This document shows positions 50,101-63,032 of a DNA stretch of 64,000 nucleotides, one piece after another. Made by a program: the position numbers and the translations under genes. Position 1 is the first letter of the stretch; the number at the start of each line of letters is the position of its first letter. This stretch comes from Laetmonice hystrix (Eukaryota): positions 42,286,001 through 42,350,000 of the forward strand of contig OZ249436.1 in NCBI GenBank assembly GCA_965235115.1, given 5' to 3'. The notes beneath the pieces are model-generated. The model did not search any database. It saw only the letters and a list, made by a program, of their open reading frames with translations, and was not told the DNA's origin.

Positions 50101-53100
50101 TCACGCCGGTCGTCGAACTAAGTACATCCGCCCACGGGAAGGTTGTCTGCAGATGTTGTCAAGATTTCAACTGATGGCCCCCCAGAGATGGAACAAGACA
50201 CATACTAAGTTCGCATACCTTTAGAAAGCCCAATATCTTTTCTATCTGAACATGTTTTCCAATAATTTGTACATCAAGTATTGACTGCAGCAGAGAGACT
50301 TAATCCGGCCGCCGCGCACAGCGTCCTTAGCGACGCATGTGACAGTGATGAGTGAGTGACAGTGCGGGCACGCTGCCGACTGAGAGCGGCAGTGGCAGCG
50401 CCATGCATGCACAGATGCACTCAGTCAGCGCCAGCAGCTGGGGTAGGGGCGAATCCAGCAAATTTGCAGAGGGTGTGGGCTCAAAACAGGATTTTAATGT
50501 ATCATGATGGAATATAATAGGGGCCCTAGTGATCTTGATTGTTGGCTGTCTCACTCAGACCTGCTCATGTTTTAACTTAGCCTTGGACGTTGGAGTTGGG
50601 CGGCTTAAGTTACTTAAGGGGGGGGGGAGCTCAAGCCGTGGAAGAGAGTCAGAGCCTGAGGCTGAGGGGCTTTGCACAGTTCCTACCCTCCAAATTTCAG
50701 ACTTCTGGTAATTTAGGAATCCCAGGCCTGTTGTGCACAGCTATGACTTTTCCAAATTTTGAAATTGATCAGAAATGATTGACATGTCATGTCCGGACAG
50801 GAGTTGGAGAGTGATGAACTGAGGGGAAATGAAAAACTGTACGCCCTATGAAATGCAAATTATTATATGTGTTAATATATGCAAATTAATTATGATTTAT
50901 TCAAATGAGGTTAATTTCATTTGATAGCACTGCAAAAACCTGTGCTACAGTTTTAATTTAAAGGAGATACTGTTCAAATTCCCCATTTAACTGACCAGAT
51001 TACAATGAATTCCTGGTCGGCATCTGTTATTTCACATAATTTATGCAAATTAGCTCATTTAAATATGCAAATTAGATCATTTTCACTAACATTTTTGAAA
51101 TCCTGATATGAAAAAACCTCTGTAAGCAAAAATTCAGAATGATATAATAAAAACTACAGATATGTTAAAGATAAACACCAAAAAATGTGTTTTTTCAGGG
51201 TCCATCAGCCTGGACAGGCCTCCATTCGTTTATCATTGTCTCAGATCCAGAAAATGATCTCCAAGCCCATTGAAAATAAATTCACACTTTTGGTTATATT
51301 TTCGTTAATATTCAGAATATCAACATAATTCAAAAAGATTTGAGCTCTGTGTCACTAGCCCTGTCAATACAGACAATGAAAAGTGCTGTAAAGTGGATAT
51401 GAAATTTTGCATTCTCGTTGCTAGTTACCCTGACTTGTCTTTACCGTTACCTACCAGGGTCACGGAAGAGACAATGTGGGTAACGGGAAGGACTAAGAAC
51501 TATAACTTTTTAGCATAAAAAAAACATTTTAGACTATGATTATAGAGGAATATGGCCTGTAAGCATCCCCTGTTAGTTTTGTGAAGATCTATAAAGAATT
51601 TTAAAGAAAATATGGCTTTTTAGATGGAAAAAATCATGTTGCGCAGTTTTACTTTAGGTACAAATTGGGTGAAATGCCATTTTAGAACCACTCATACAGA
51701 AAAAATATTCCCACGCTGAACCTGTTGTCTTGCATTTAGCATATACCCACCAAGGACAGTAAGTTCCTGAAATCTGGGAATGCTCACTGTTATAATTGCG
51801 ATGTTACAGCTCCTCAAAATCCACACAAAAATAAGCGAAACTTAAGCCTAGAAAAGGTCCAAGGGGTGAAAACTTTAAAAGGTCATATCTCAGGAACTAT
51901 TGGGAGTACAGAAATAGACCACATGAATTGGAATAAAGTTTTTATGAGTAAAATTCCATCAAAATCTATGATTTTTTTTTTTTTTTTGGGGGGGGGGGGG
52001 CGGTTAGTATCTATGAATGGCCCATTTTCAGCAATGAAAATATGCCATTTTCTGGGAACATGTACATCCCAAGAAATGCCTTTTAGAAATTAAATGTACA
52101 TCATTCATACTCTATTCTAAAACAAACAGTCACCCTTAGGAACGAAGGTGCCTGCCACCAGATGACAGTAAAATAGACCAAATCAGTCGATTTCGACAAC
52201 TTTAACGCCACCTGGTGTCCTGCACATGCGCAATCCCATTTTTTAAAACCTGTAAATACTAATGGGTAGTCCTAACCCCTATTTAATGTAAAAATAAAAG
52301 GCTTGGGATAAGGAACCCGCAAGGAGCATGGGGGGGGGGCGAAAAGTGAAAGAAATGACTTCCAGCGATACTGCAGCGCCCCCTATTGGTCGCGCCAGGT
52401 ATATCCCATACCAAAAATTGCTGAATTCACAGAGTGTCATCCATGTAATAGAAATATCAAAGTATAATGTTGGGATAATGATATGGCGCTAGAAATAAAA
52501 GCCATTTGAAAATCCCATTTTGGTTTTTGGTCCTTTTGAGGTCTGACCTTGAATGACCTCTAGCACCTAAACGAGGTTGTGATATTTACATGTTTAAACA
52601 TGTCTATTCGAGTTTTGCAAATAAATATTTACTTCATACAATGTATTGTTATAGGAGTTCTGTCTCTCCTGTTACCAAGTTTGTCTTCACCGTTACCTTG
52701 GTAACGGTAAAGACTTGCACTCAAAATCTTCAGGTCACTTTTCTCTAAAACTATACGTAATTAAGCATTGCTGGTCTTACCCAGTAATAATTTCTTCATT
52801 TGCTTCCTAAATTACCATTTTGGTTCGAAAACAAGCAAAAAATATTTTTTCAGTGTCTTTACCGTGACTTTGTACATTTTCCTGAAAATGGCCCATATAG
52901 GAACAATACATAGCCCTAATGGGGCTGGACGTTTTCGAGCGTGAACCAGTTCGAGTGCCGACCACTTCGAGCCCCGATCACTTTGAGAGCGACTATTTCA
53001 CAACTCGGCCCCGCTCAACGGTCTTGATCAAAATCGACCGCCGCTCGAAATCGGCCCAGGGCTCGAAAAAGATCTACCAGTTTTACTTGCCCGAACTTGC

Positions 53101-56100
53101 CCTTCGGGCAAGTAGTAACCAAGACATGCTACACAAACCTTAAATTTTACTGGCCCAGAGACGTATTCTAGTTATCTCGGACGACCGGACCTAGGTTTTT
53201 TCGAGCCCTGTGGCTGCCCGTAATAACCTATGGACGAGCTGGTGAGCCCCGCTCTACTGGTCAGCGCTCAAACTGGTCTGCGCTCGAAACGTCCTGGGAC
53301 CACAGCCTGACACCCTCATAGACATTTTATTCTCAGCAGAAATATCTACAGTAAAGTGTGCTTCAGTACAGTAATGGGGTCGCATGATGTTTGAAAACCC
53401 CACTCACCCATGGGACCAGTGGTCATTCGAACTGCACTAGTCCCTACGATCTTTCTGCTAGTCATTATTATAATAAAGCTCATCAAAATAGCCCTAAAAA
53501 GTTAGTCGCCCAAAGGACTAGCACCCCATGGCTTTGTACTTACTCCAAAATTGTTTGCACTCACCTAGTCGAGCGGGCAAGTGGATCTTGTAACCCCTGA
53601 TTGTTGAGATTCATATATCTGAAAAGCCCATTGATTTCAACATAGTTAATAAGATATATTCTCTTATTCATGACACAAAAACCCAGCCTGATCCCTGAAT
53701 AAGGAAAACCTCCACTGCAGGCGGAATGTACCAGTATTTTAAAAGTTAGTAGGGATGACACTTCATATTTTTAAAATTGGTGCCCACAGTGACCTGTCAG
53801 GAGTCAAGCTAGTCCACCACCATGTACTCGTGGGTAGTCCTAGAAAGTCCGACAATCCGACCGGGGTGGACAGTTTTGTGAAACCACTTGTTAAAAACAC
53901 AGATGTCCAGTCTAACTGGGTCGGACATGGTGACCGTGTGTTGTCTGTTTGGGCAGTCTGTCACTGCCAGAATTCTACATCCTCCACAGGGTTTCCGCCA
54001 ACAAATAATTGATGGGATAATCCATGCCCAGGAATGCCAGAGACGCATTTTCTGATCATCTCTGAGCAAAAATCTTGCCCAAATTTATCAACGAAATTCC
54101 ATCAATCATTTTTATGCGTGATACATAAAAAATCGGCATGAGATTCACATAGCAGTTAGAACATTACCCTACTTCCAACTCAATGTATACATACCGTAAT
54201 CTTCCGTGTATAAGCGGTGGCCATGTATAAGCCGCACCCCCGTTTTTGGAGCAAAAAAAAGTCAGAGAGAAAAAAAATTTACTTTTCTGATGCCAGTCGT
54301 AGCAAAGTTGGCCCCCAACCATCAACCCTATGAAACATGCTGAGACGTGTATCAGCTAGGTGCTTCACCAGCTTGGCCATACTGTGAAATGTCGTTGACC
54401 AGATGCCGGTGCCACCGACCATCACCTCCCATTGTTAAATGGGGCATTGAAAATTATAGGACACACCTTTATTTTTGGAATCCATGCAGTTGTCTTAGTC
54501 AGCGATCACCTAGAGGGATAATATCTGAACTAACTTATGGGCCGACTTGGTCTCCACATGTATAGACGTAGAAGTCTCCATGGACGCATTTTCTGGATTT
54601 CGTTCTTGTTCTTTTTGATCCGTCAATCACCACAAAAATCCATGGGTGCAGCCGTTGCATCGACAGCAAATTGCTTTAGGACAGTGCAGTTTAGCCCAGA
54701 GAGGGGGATCCCTAAATGGTATCATTGCCATCCGAAGAAACTTGCTTTGGTGCCCCTCCTTTGAACTGAAGGCAATGTTTGCCAGGGTGCCCCTCCAACT
54801 TGCCCATGGTGCCATAAAATTTCTGCTTAGACCCAAGGCAACAGTTGCCTTGCCTTAAAACTTTGAGCCCTGCAGGTGTCTACCAGTGCCAAAATGCCAC
54901 CAAAGAAGCTTACTTACCGGTACTAAGTCTTAAGTTCTTGCTTTATCATACCAGCGTGTAACTAAGTATATACCGTACAGGGAGGGAACTCCCATTTGAT
55001 GCTATGTTTTGAAGATGGCAGACTATATTTTATGAAACTATTTTAGCCTCAAAGCAGGTTAATAATGTCCAATATCCGTTACAAAATGCCTTGATTTTTT
55101 TTTAAAAGAAAGGGTTAGATTCCTGCAGAATCCCTTGACCACACGTGTACTTCCCTGTATACCAGGAAGGTGGGGGGGGGGGGGGGGGGGAAGTGGAGGG
55201 AGAACTTGATATTAGACGCATCGCCATTTTTGCTAAAAGTACCAAGGTAAATAAATTTCAGCGACATCAGGGTAAAAATGCATTGCACCTGTAGTAGGTC
55301 ATAGTTTTTCATGACAAATTGTGATGCGATACCAAACATCTCAGAGTCAGACCCTACAGTTACTAGACAAACTCACAAAGGATAATGTGTAATCCTATCG
55401 AGGGGAGGAGACTTCTTGAAAGCCCTGGTAAGATTTATTTGACAGGGATTGATTAAGATAAGACTTCAAGTAGACCCGGATGGACGCTATGTCAAGTAGT
55501 ATTATGTTGTAACCCTCAACTTATCTATTTTCTTTAACTTTGAAGTTTTTGAGTACATGTCAACTCGCTGCCATATCAAAATTTACCAAAGCTACCCAGT
55601 TTTAATGAGAGTATTTAAAATTATATTTGGAAAAAAACCCAACTTTACAGTGGTGCCGGATTTTTCAAATCACTTGCCACAGGACAAGTGGACTACAAAA
55701 TTCCACTTGCCCGGCTCTGACATACGCATGCCCTCTATATTCTTTAGGGGCTGTCCATTAAGTACGTACGCACCACATCGTGGCAAAAATGATCCCCCCT
55801 CCCCCCCCTGTACGCATAGCATACGCAATGGTTCAACCCCCCCCCCCCCTGTACGCATACGCATTCCGATAAGTGTTTTTAAAATTTCCATGAACCCCCC
55901 CAGGGTTGGACAAATCCACTAGCCCGAGGTCCGGGACCTGCTTATTATTGCTTCGGTCTTGTGAAAATATATTAATGGTAGTCTGACGGACTCTTGCCCA
56001 GTCTTGGTTAAACCTACTGTCCTTGACAGGTGGTATCTGTCAGGACCTGGTTCCAGGCATGTAGCAGGTCACAAACTTTCATCCTCCAAGGATGCTGGAG

Positions 56101-59100
56101 GTCTGTGGCCTGTAATGGCAATGATGATGGCAATCTTAACATTTCCATAAACACTCCATGAAATTGTGGAGTTTTGGACCAGTGGACCCAAAAGCAGGAC
56201 CAGTAAATATTCTGAGTTACTGGTCCTGGACCAGTGACTCATAAAATAATTTGTCCAACCCTGCCCCCCCCCCCCCCCGAAAAAAAACTAATGTTATTCA
56301 ATTTTCTGAAAATCCCCTCATATGTTCAGGTGTCATTTGTAGCGACTGGTTGCGCCATTGGTTTAGTCCAGTTGGAGGGGATCAAGAGTTGCCTGTACAC
56401 TTGAATTGTGGAAGGAAACATTGGTAGATAATTATTTACTCATCGGGCTATTGACTTTTGTCTGTTGGACTTGCCCAACCATGCAGTCAACTTGCCCAGG
56501 GCGTCGGGCAATAGGAATCGGCCATCACTGCTTTATAATTTACACCTTCCAACTCGAAGATATCAACACTAAGCACAAATGAAAAGTAAATATTTGATAG
56601 AGTATGTGTAGGTTTCTACAGCTTGTTTTAATTTAATAGACTGTCTGCTGTAACAAGAGCAATTTTTAATGAACATACTAATGCAGTAATGATGTCTTTT
56701 TTTGGTAAACATTCCATACTCTATTCAGAACTGGAAAGTTGTCTTTCTTGTACAGGTATTCGTTACAGTGAGGACGTCAATGTAGATGAAGTAAAAGCCC
56801 TCTCATCTTTGATGACCTACAAGTGTGCCTGTGTTGACGTGCCCTTTGGAGGTGCTAAAGCAGGTGTCAAGATTGATCCCCGGAAGTATTCTGAGCGTGA
56901 ACTTGAGAAGATTACAAGAAGATTCACAGTAGAACTTGCAAAAAAAGGATTTATAGGTTAGTGTCATTCTGAGTTAATTGTCTTTGTAAAAATTAAAAGT
57001 ACATGCAAGGGTGACTTCACAAACACCGGTTTGGATGACTCCCCTCCCCACATTAAAGAGATGTTTAACAAAGAGCAGGCCTCTGATTTTTCCAGTTTTT
57101 GCTGCATTTCAGGCTTTTTGTATCAAAAAGTTGCCCCTCTGTGATTGATGCAAATCCATTGAGATCTTATAATTCATATGTACGGGGGTGGGGGTAAATC
57201 TTGTCCAAATTGGTCAAAACTCGCCAGCGAATAGTTGGAAATCATTCCAGTATTTAAAACAGATCTATGTTTTAAAATAAAACCTCCAAAATGCATTGAT
57301 CAGATTCATTGCACCATTTTAAACATGAAATTGTCACATTTTTTGCTGAGGGAGGGGACACCCTGCCTACACCCGCCCCAAGTTGAACCTCAAAAGTTCA
57401 GCTTTTTTTCCCTTCACCTGATCACACCCCTGGAAAGAGACAAAGTATGAAACTAAGTATACCTGGTAAACCTTATTAACACATTGAGAATATTAACACA
57501 CGGGTTTCAGCGCCTCTGAAAGTGCCCCCCCCCCCTTAAAAAAACAAGCTAACAAACTACATCGACCTGGATTCACATTTTACTATAGACCTTAACCACC
57601 CCCTTTGCAATATCAATTTGGACAAGATGGATTCCCTTAGAGTCAGATATTTTGTTTCTAAAGCTATAAATGTAATTGTAAACTCCAGGACCAGGCATAG
57701 ATGTACCTGCCCCAGATATGGGTACAGGAGAACGTATGATGAGCTGGATTGCTGACACCTATGCACAGACTCTTGGTAAGTATTTTTGCTTTAAGCTTAT
57801 TTAAAAGAACCTAAACCTCTGATTTATCCATTTTCCTTCCAGCAGATTTTGGTGTTTACAATCAGGGTAGACAGCTATCATTTAATTTGGTTAGGGTACG
57901 CAGGGGTCTAAATAGAATTAAAAACTTACTTGTGCTTGATGCAAGTTGAGCAAATACTTGCTTGCAGTCGCAAGTCACAAACTGGTCTACTGAAAATGGT
58001 GGAATTGTTACATTAAAGATTTTTTTTCATCGTTTCATTTTGATTTTCGATTTTTTTGAGAAGAAGGAAGGCTGTGCTGGTAAATTAGGTATCATTTTGT
58101 AGCTTATCTTCTTGGCTTTCAAATGACACCAACTGTAAGTGTAAAGTACCAGGGGGAAAGGAGCAAGGCATGGGTTGAAAAAAATCAACATGTCGGGTGG
58201 ATCAGACGGTGGAGGTGGTGGTGGAACTTTTCACACTCAGGTTCCCACTGCCACATGAACCACTTACTTCAAAGTAAGTGGAAAAGTAATGATTGCTCCA
58301 AATAGCTCAAGGTCTCATCTTTATTTTGCAGCAAACAGAATTCAAATCGGACTAGAATTAAGGATTTTAGAGAATTTTTTCTGATGGTTGTCCGTTTTGA
58401 GAAAATAAAGAAAACGTTTGTTTATTGTAATGCATTTTCCTATTAATTCATGACGCATAATTAGCATTATCTCGTTAATGGATGATTATTAAAGGTAGTC
58501 GTAAAATTCATTTTTTTCGATTTATGGCAGTCTTAGAAACATATGATTCGCATACCTTGGACTCCCAGTAACATCATGTGAGACTGTCATGGCCCAGCGA
58601 CCAGTATTTAGTAAGGAAAATATGCCAAATCTCTCGCAAATACGTAGCTCAGAATTAGCGAGCGGCCCACAGGATATTTGAGTTGGCCGTGGTCGGGCGA
58701 TGATGACGCGTGATCACGTGACTTCCGGGTGTACATGCGGTATTTAGGTCAACACTAGACTAGAGGGAGATTCCCTTCCACACCCGGAAGTCACGTGATC
58801 ACGCGTCATCATCGCCCGACCGCGGCCAACTCAATTAATATCCTGTGGGCCGCTCGCTAATTCTGAGCTACGTATTTGCGAGAGATTTGGCATATTTTCC
58901 TTACTAAATACTGGTCGCTGGGCCATAACAGTCTCACATGATGTTACTGGGAGTCCAAGGTATGCGAATCATATGTTTCTAAGACTGCCATAAATCGAAA
59001 AAAATGAATTTTACGACTCCCTTTAAATTACAAGTACATTTTCTGATAGGCCTTGGGTGGCTTATTGATATCCAAAAATAGTAAAATTGCCATTTTTGAC

Positions 59101-62100
59101 CATGTAACACATTTTATGACCACTTTGTGACTTGCGACCTTGCGCTAGCTGGATTCAACTTGCAAGCAAGATTGGGAGATCTATGCTGATTTATACTTGC
59201 ATTTAATGTGATTAGAATGGACAGTACCCCGTCCTCTACCAACTCATAATTCTGTCAAGCTATGCAGAATCATAGTCAGTAAAACTGACCCCTATGGCTG
59301 TTGCGAAGGTGTTAATCTCCGTAGTGTGGGACCCTACACTTGTTGCGTACGGTACAGCATTAGTAGCTGAGTGGGTGCATTTCTGGCTAAATATGATTCA
59401 TAAAACAAATTGACTCTGGCTATCATGACAAGCTTTCTTCTCAGTCAAAATACTCAAATGGCTAATTTTTTTGTAAATGCTGCTTGCGGCAAGCACAAGC
59501 GTTTTAATTTATTTGCATCAGTCCATTTTGACTTGTATTGCGCAAATAGTTAATGGCTATATTTCGGCCCCTGGGAAGTATTTGAGAGAGACATTAAAAT
59601 TATGATAATGTTCTACTTTTAACATTTTTTTTTAACACAAATGCATTTAAAAAACAAGAAAAATGGACCCAGCTGTTACTTTTAGCATTTAGTGAAGCCA
59701 AACACATTTTTTGAAGAAAATTGCTCTTGTAACCAGGCAGATTATTTTACAATGTATACGTTGACTTGCTTGAAAAATCCTTGATTTTGCTGAAGGGATG
59801 CTCCAACATGTTTCACCAAAGGTTTAAAATTTAAAGACAACCTAGGCTATAGTGCCTAAACCTTTGGTGAAACATGTTGGAGCAGCCCTTGAGAGCCCTT
59901 GAGCAAACATGTTGTAGTGTTGTATTATTGGTTGTCCAATCTGATATAATATTGTACGGTATCCTGTATGATTACAGGGTGTTCTTGGAGGGATTTGATT
60001 TGTGTACTCAAAAGTACATAAGGCAGTTCAATGAGAATAAGCACTGTCACTGGTCAGAATTTTCTCTAGGCATGTTTATTCTCATTGAAAGCCGTTGTAT
60101 GAACTTTCCAAATCATGCAACCTCACCTTGTACAAATCCCCCTAGCTTGTGTCTCAGTGTTAGTTTTTGTCTCCCTGATAACTCTGGTTTCTTTAACCAC
60201 CATTCTTGTATGTCTTCTCACCTGTTGCATAAAGTGATAAACCCTCAGTCCAGGCATTTTATTTTTAGTTTATAAAAATTATACTTATGATTTGAATAAT
60301 TTATAAATTTAAGCGATTGCCATACATATAGTTCTGAGCAATAAGTTCATAAAAACTGAAGGTGCTCCTACCCTACTACCAATACATTCATAAATCACAG
60401 AGAAGCACACTTTGAAAGCACATCATTATTTTCTTGGTCTAATGACCCTGTTTTGATTTTTATTGCTTGATAGAAAGTTGAATCATCCCATTTTCATTTC
60501 ATTGTGAAGTGAAAAGACATACATGATGGTAAAAAGCTGTCTGATACCAACAATTACCCTCTTGCTTATCCATATCGTTTGTTTGTATGGAAAGGCCAGG
60601 GTCAAGCATTCTATTTCTACAGTGCACAGTGAGTGTAAATACCGGAAATGTGTTTTGATATAACTATGATTATACCATTACCCTTTGCCTCCATGACCTT
60701 GAAGTTGAATGAAGTCGATTATTTGCCTTTTACATTCTTGTATATAACCTCAATGAGGTGTTCAAGACCTTGATCTTAGATGAAGAGTAACATAATAAGC
60801 GATTTTAATTAAATTAAGTGTGACATGAAAACAGCATGGAGGTAACATACATAGTGCCCAATTACTGTCCCAGAGTCAAAATATTTAAGGCAAAGACATT
60901 CATAAGTTACTGTGGAATATTAACTTACATTGCAGAGAATAGTCTTACACTACACAGTATAATGATTGGTTATACATGTACTTGGAATTTAAGCAAATAC
61001 ATTGTACCTATTTCTGTCTATTTTTTTCACTATCTCTCTTCTGTCTCTCGCTTTTGCTCATTCTCATTCTGTCCATCTTGCTGTCTGTCTAGATAGTTCT
61101 CTCTCAGTCTCCCTTTGTCTCTCTATCTCTGTTACCTATGTAACTATCTAAATAAAAATTATGCAAAGTATTTATGAACCTTGAAATAGTATACAGCCTT
61201 TCCCATCCAGTCATGCAAATAGAATGATCAGTTGATTCGGTTTCATGGTCTGTTGTGACTTAGGAAACTCTTATTGGTCATTTGATCATGAGCTTGGTGT
61301 ATAGCTCCGGGCAATGGCGTCAATTGAAAAATCCAGCTTGTAACTGTAAGAAGATCCTAAGCTGCCCAAGCAGGACTGATATTTTTCCATAGATTGACAA
61401 CCAGGGCATCCGCCAGAGGGGGGGACGGGGGGGATTTATCCCCCCCATGATTGGGACATGAGGGGGATATCCCCCCCATAAATTTGCAGAGCAGTGTTTT
61501 TTTTTTAAGCTATTCTCGCTCTGAGAGGCCAGGAAAACGCATCTCCGGAGTTCATGAAAAAAAAATTTTGGGGGGAGGGCCCCCCGTCCCCCCATTAATT
61601 ATTTTCTGGCGGAAACCCTGACAACACTTTTACAGACAAGATAAATTTACCACACATCATTTTCAAGGTCATCAGAACCGGGGGGAGGGAGGACTATACC
61701 CCCCTCCCCCCCCCCTCCCCAAGAATGTGCCCCGAAATTTTTTTTTATTGGGTTATTTAAAATCTTCCTACCCCCATTGAGGTTAGCGCCTTAGGAATGA
61801 GTGAACAAGAGATGGTATGAGAAGTTACTATACATGTACACACATTTATAGAGCCCCACAGATTCTGCATTATCTTTTGCCAAATTGCATGTTCAAAAAA
61901 TATCAAATTCAAATGATAGGCTGCTTTAGAATTAAAGTTCCTGCCGGGTGGCACGTGAACCTTTTTAGTTTTGTGCTGGGTGGCTAAAATTATTGCCAGG
62001 CAGGCATGCTTGATGCCACCCCACGTGGGCACATCCCCCCCCCCCCCCACCTTTCCATCAGGAAACTTGGCTCCAGCCAGGGGGAGTAAGGGCTTTATTT

Positions 62101-63032
62101 CCAAATTATTCTGAAGGCCCTGATAATGTACAGTCGAAATTTATTCTAGCTACCAGTAAAATTGCTAAGACACTTGATTTAGATTTTTAGGTGAAATAAC
62201 AGTGGTTCCAAATTTGACCTGTATGCTTGTGTGAATATGCCGAAGGAATACAAGTTATCCTAACAGGGCAGATTTAAATATTGTTCTCAAAATGACATGC
62301 AATATTTTTCATCTGAATTATTTTAATTATTTCCTAAATTTTAACAATTATTTCTTAATTTATTTGTCAGAAGAATCACTACCTGCAGTCGAATATATCG
62401 GTACATTTGTTCTGTCACTTGTTTTTATGTGGTTTCTTCTCTGTTGTTTCACGAACACCAGGTCACTATGACCTGAATGCATATGCTTGTGTTACTGGGA
62501 AACCCATCACCCAAGGCGGAATCCATGGGCGTGTCTCTGCTACTGGTCGTGTAAGTAAATTTTTGTAATGAAAGTATTGAAACAAAGCACCCGTCATTTG
62601 TTTAGTGTACCAATCTGCTCAAACTCCTCTTCATTGAAACCACACCAAGACGTTCTCCTGGTGAGTCAAAACTATTCAGGGTTCACCATGATAATCATGG
62701 TAGGAATATTCCGCCATCTGGAACCAAGGTCTTCTCTTCCTTGAGCAAGACCTTTAGTTTCATGAACAAAAAAGACCCGATACTCATAGGATCAAACTTC
62801 AAAGGTAACGTGAACCTGGTGCCAACTTGAGATCCAACCAAGGTCGCCAAGAGCAGATGGAACACCAGAACAGGATGAGGGGTGTTTTATTATTGATTGT
62901 TATGTAAATATTAATAAATCCATTACATCTTTTTTCAATCCAGGCCATGGAGACATGAATTCCCATGCGTGTGTCACGGGAAAACCTATTACTCAGGGAG
63001 GCATTCATGGTCGTGTTTCTGCCACCGGCAGA
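47195..63032 (+). CDS. GLUD1: Mitochondrial glutamate dehydrogenase, exons 1-4 (continues beyond the window)
   Basis: Exon1 47195-47591 (transit peptide, [21 protein letters not shown]), exon2 56756-56956 ([27 protein letters not shown]), exon3 57689-57775 ([25 protein letters not shown]), exon4a 62462-62550, exon4b 62944-63032; all GT-AG and phase-compatible. Confidence 0.97.
47886..48287. mobile_element. PIF/Harbinger-type MITE
   Basis: tta|TGGCGGGCTCAAACA ... TGTCTGAGCCTGCCA|tta. Confidence 0.7.
48951..52894. mobile_element. ~3.9-kb non-autonomous DNA transposon with a 4-bp ATAT TSD (Sola-like)
   Basis: atat|GGGCCATTTTCAGGAAAATGTACAAGTCACGGTAAAGACA ... TGTCTTTACCGTGACTTTGTACATTTTCCTGAAAATGGCCC|atat; subterminal GTCTTTACCGTTACC repeats; no transposase ORF. 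Superfamily is inferred from termini and TSD. Confidence 0.8.
55901..56263. mobile_element. CAGGGTTGGACAAAT MITE inserted into a C-run, apparently within another repeat starting ~55745
   Basis: Terminal inverted repeats CAGGGTTGGACAAAT/ATTTGTCCAACCCTG; a related remnant lies at 40691-40740. Confidence 0.7.
57901..59573. mobile_element. CAGGGG-terminated element hosting the nested palindromic MITE
   Basis: CAGGGGTCTAAATA ... TATTTCGGCCCCTG; internal inverted GTCGCAAGTCACAAA/TTTGTGACTTGCGAC. Confidence 0.5.
58493..59022. mobile_element. Near-perfect palindromic MITE with TTAA TSD and AGG..CCT ends (Kolobok-like)
   Basis: ~240-bp arms that are almost exact reverse complements around a ~45-bp spacer; ttaa|AGG ... 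CCT|ttaa. Confidence 0.85.
61402..61620. mobile_element. Small CAGGG MITE with a 5-bp TSD (ACAAC)
   Basis: acaac|CAGGGCATCCGCCAGA ... TCTGGCGGAAACCCTG|acaac. Confidence 0.75.
62462..62550 (+). CDS. GLUD1: GDH alternative exon 4a ([30 protein letters not shown])
   Basis: 89 nt, cag|..|gtaagt, phase 1-0; missed by the ORF track. Confidence 0.9.
62944..63032 (+). CDS. GLUD1: GDH alternative exon 4b ([30 protein letters not shown])
   Basis: 89 nt, cag|..|gtaagt, phase 1-0. Confidence 0.9.

Noticed and set aside
62462..63032. Assembly artefact or haplotype duplication as the source of two GDH exon 4 copies
   Set aside because: Flanking introns are unrelated and the exons differ at many synonymous sites.
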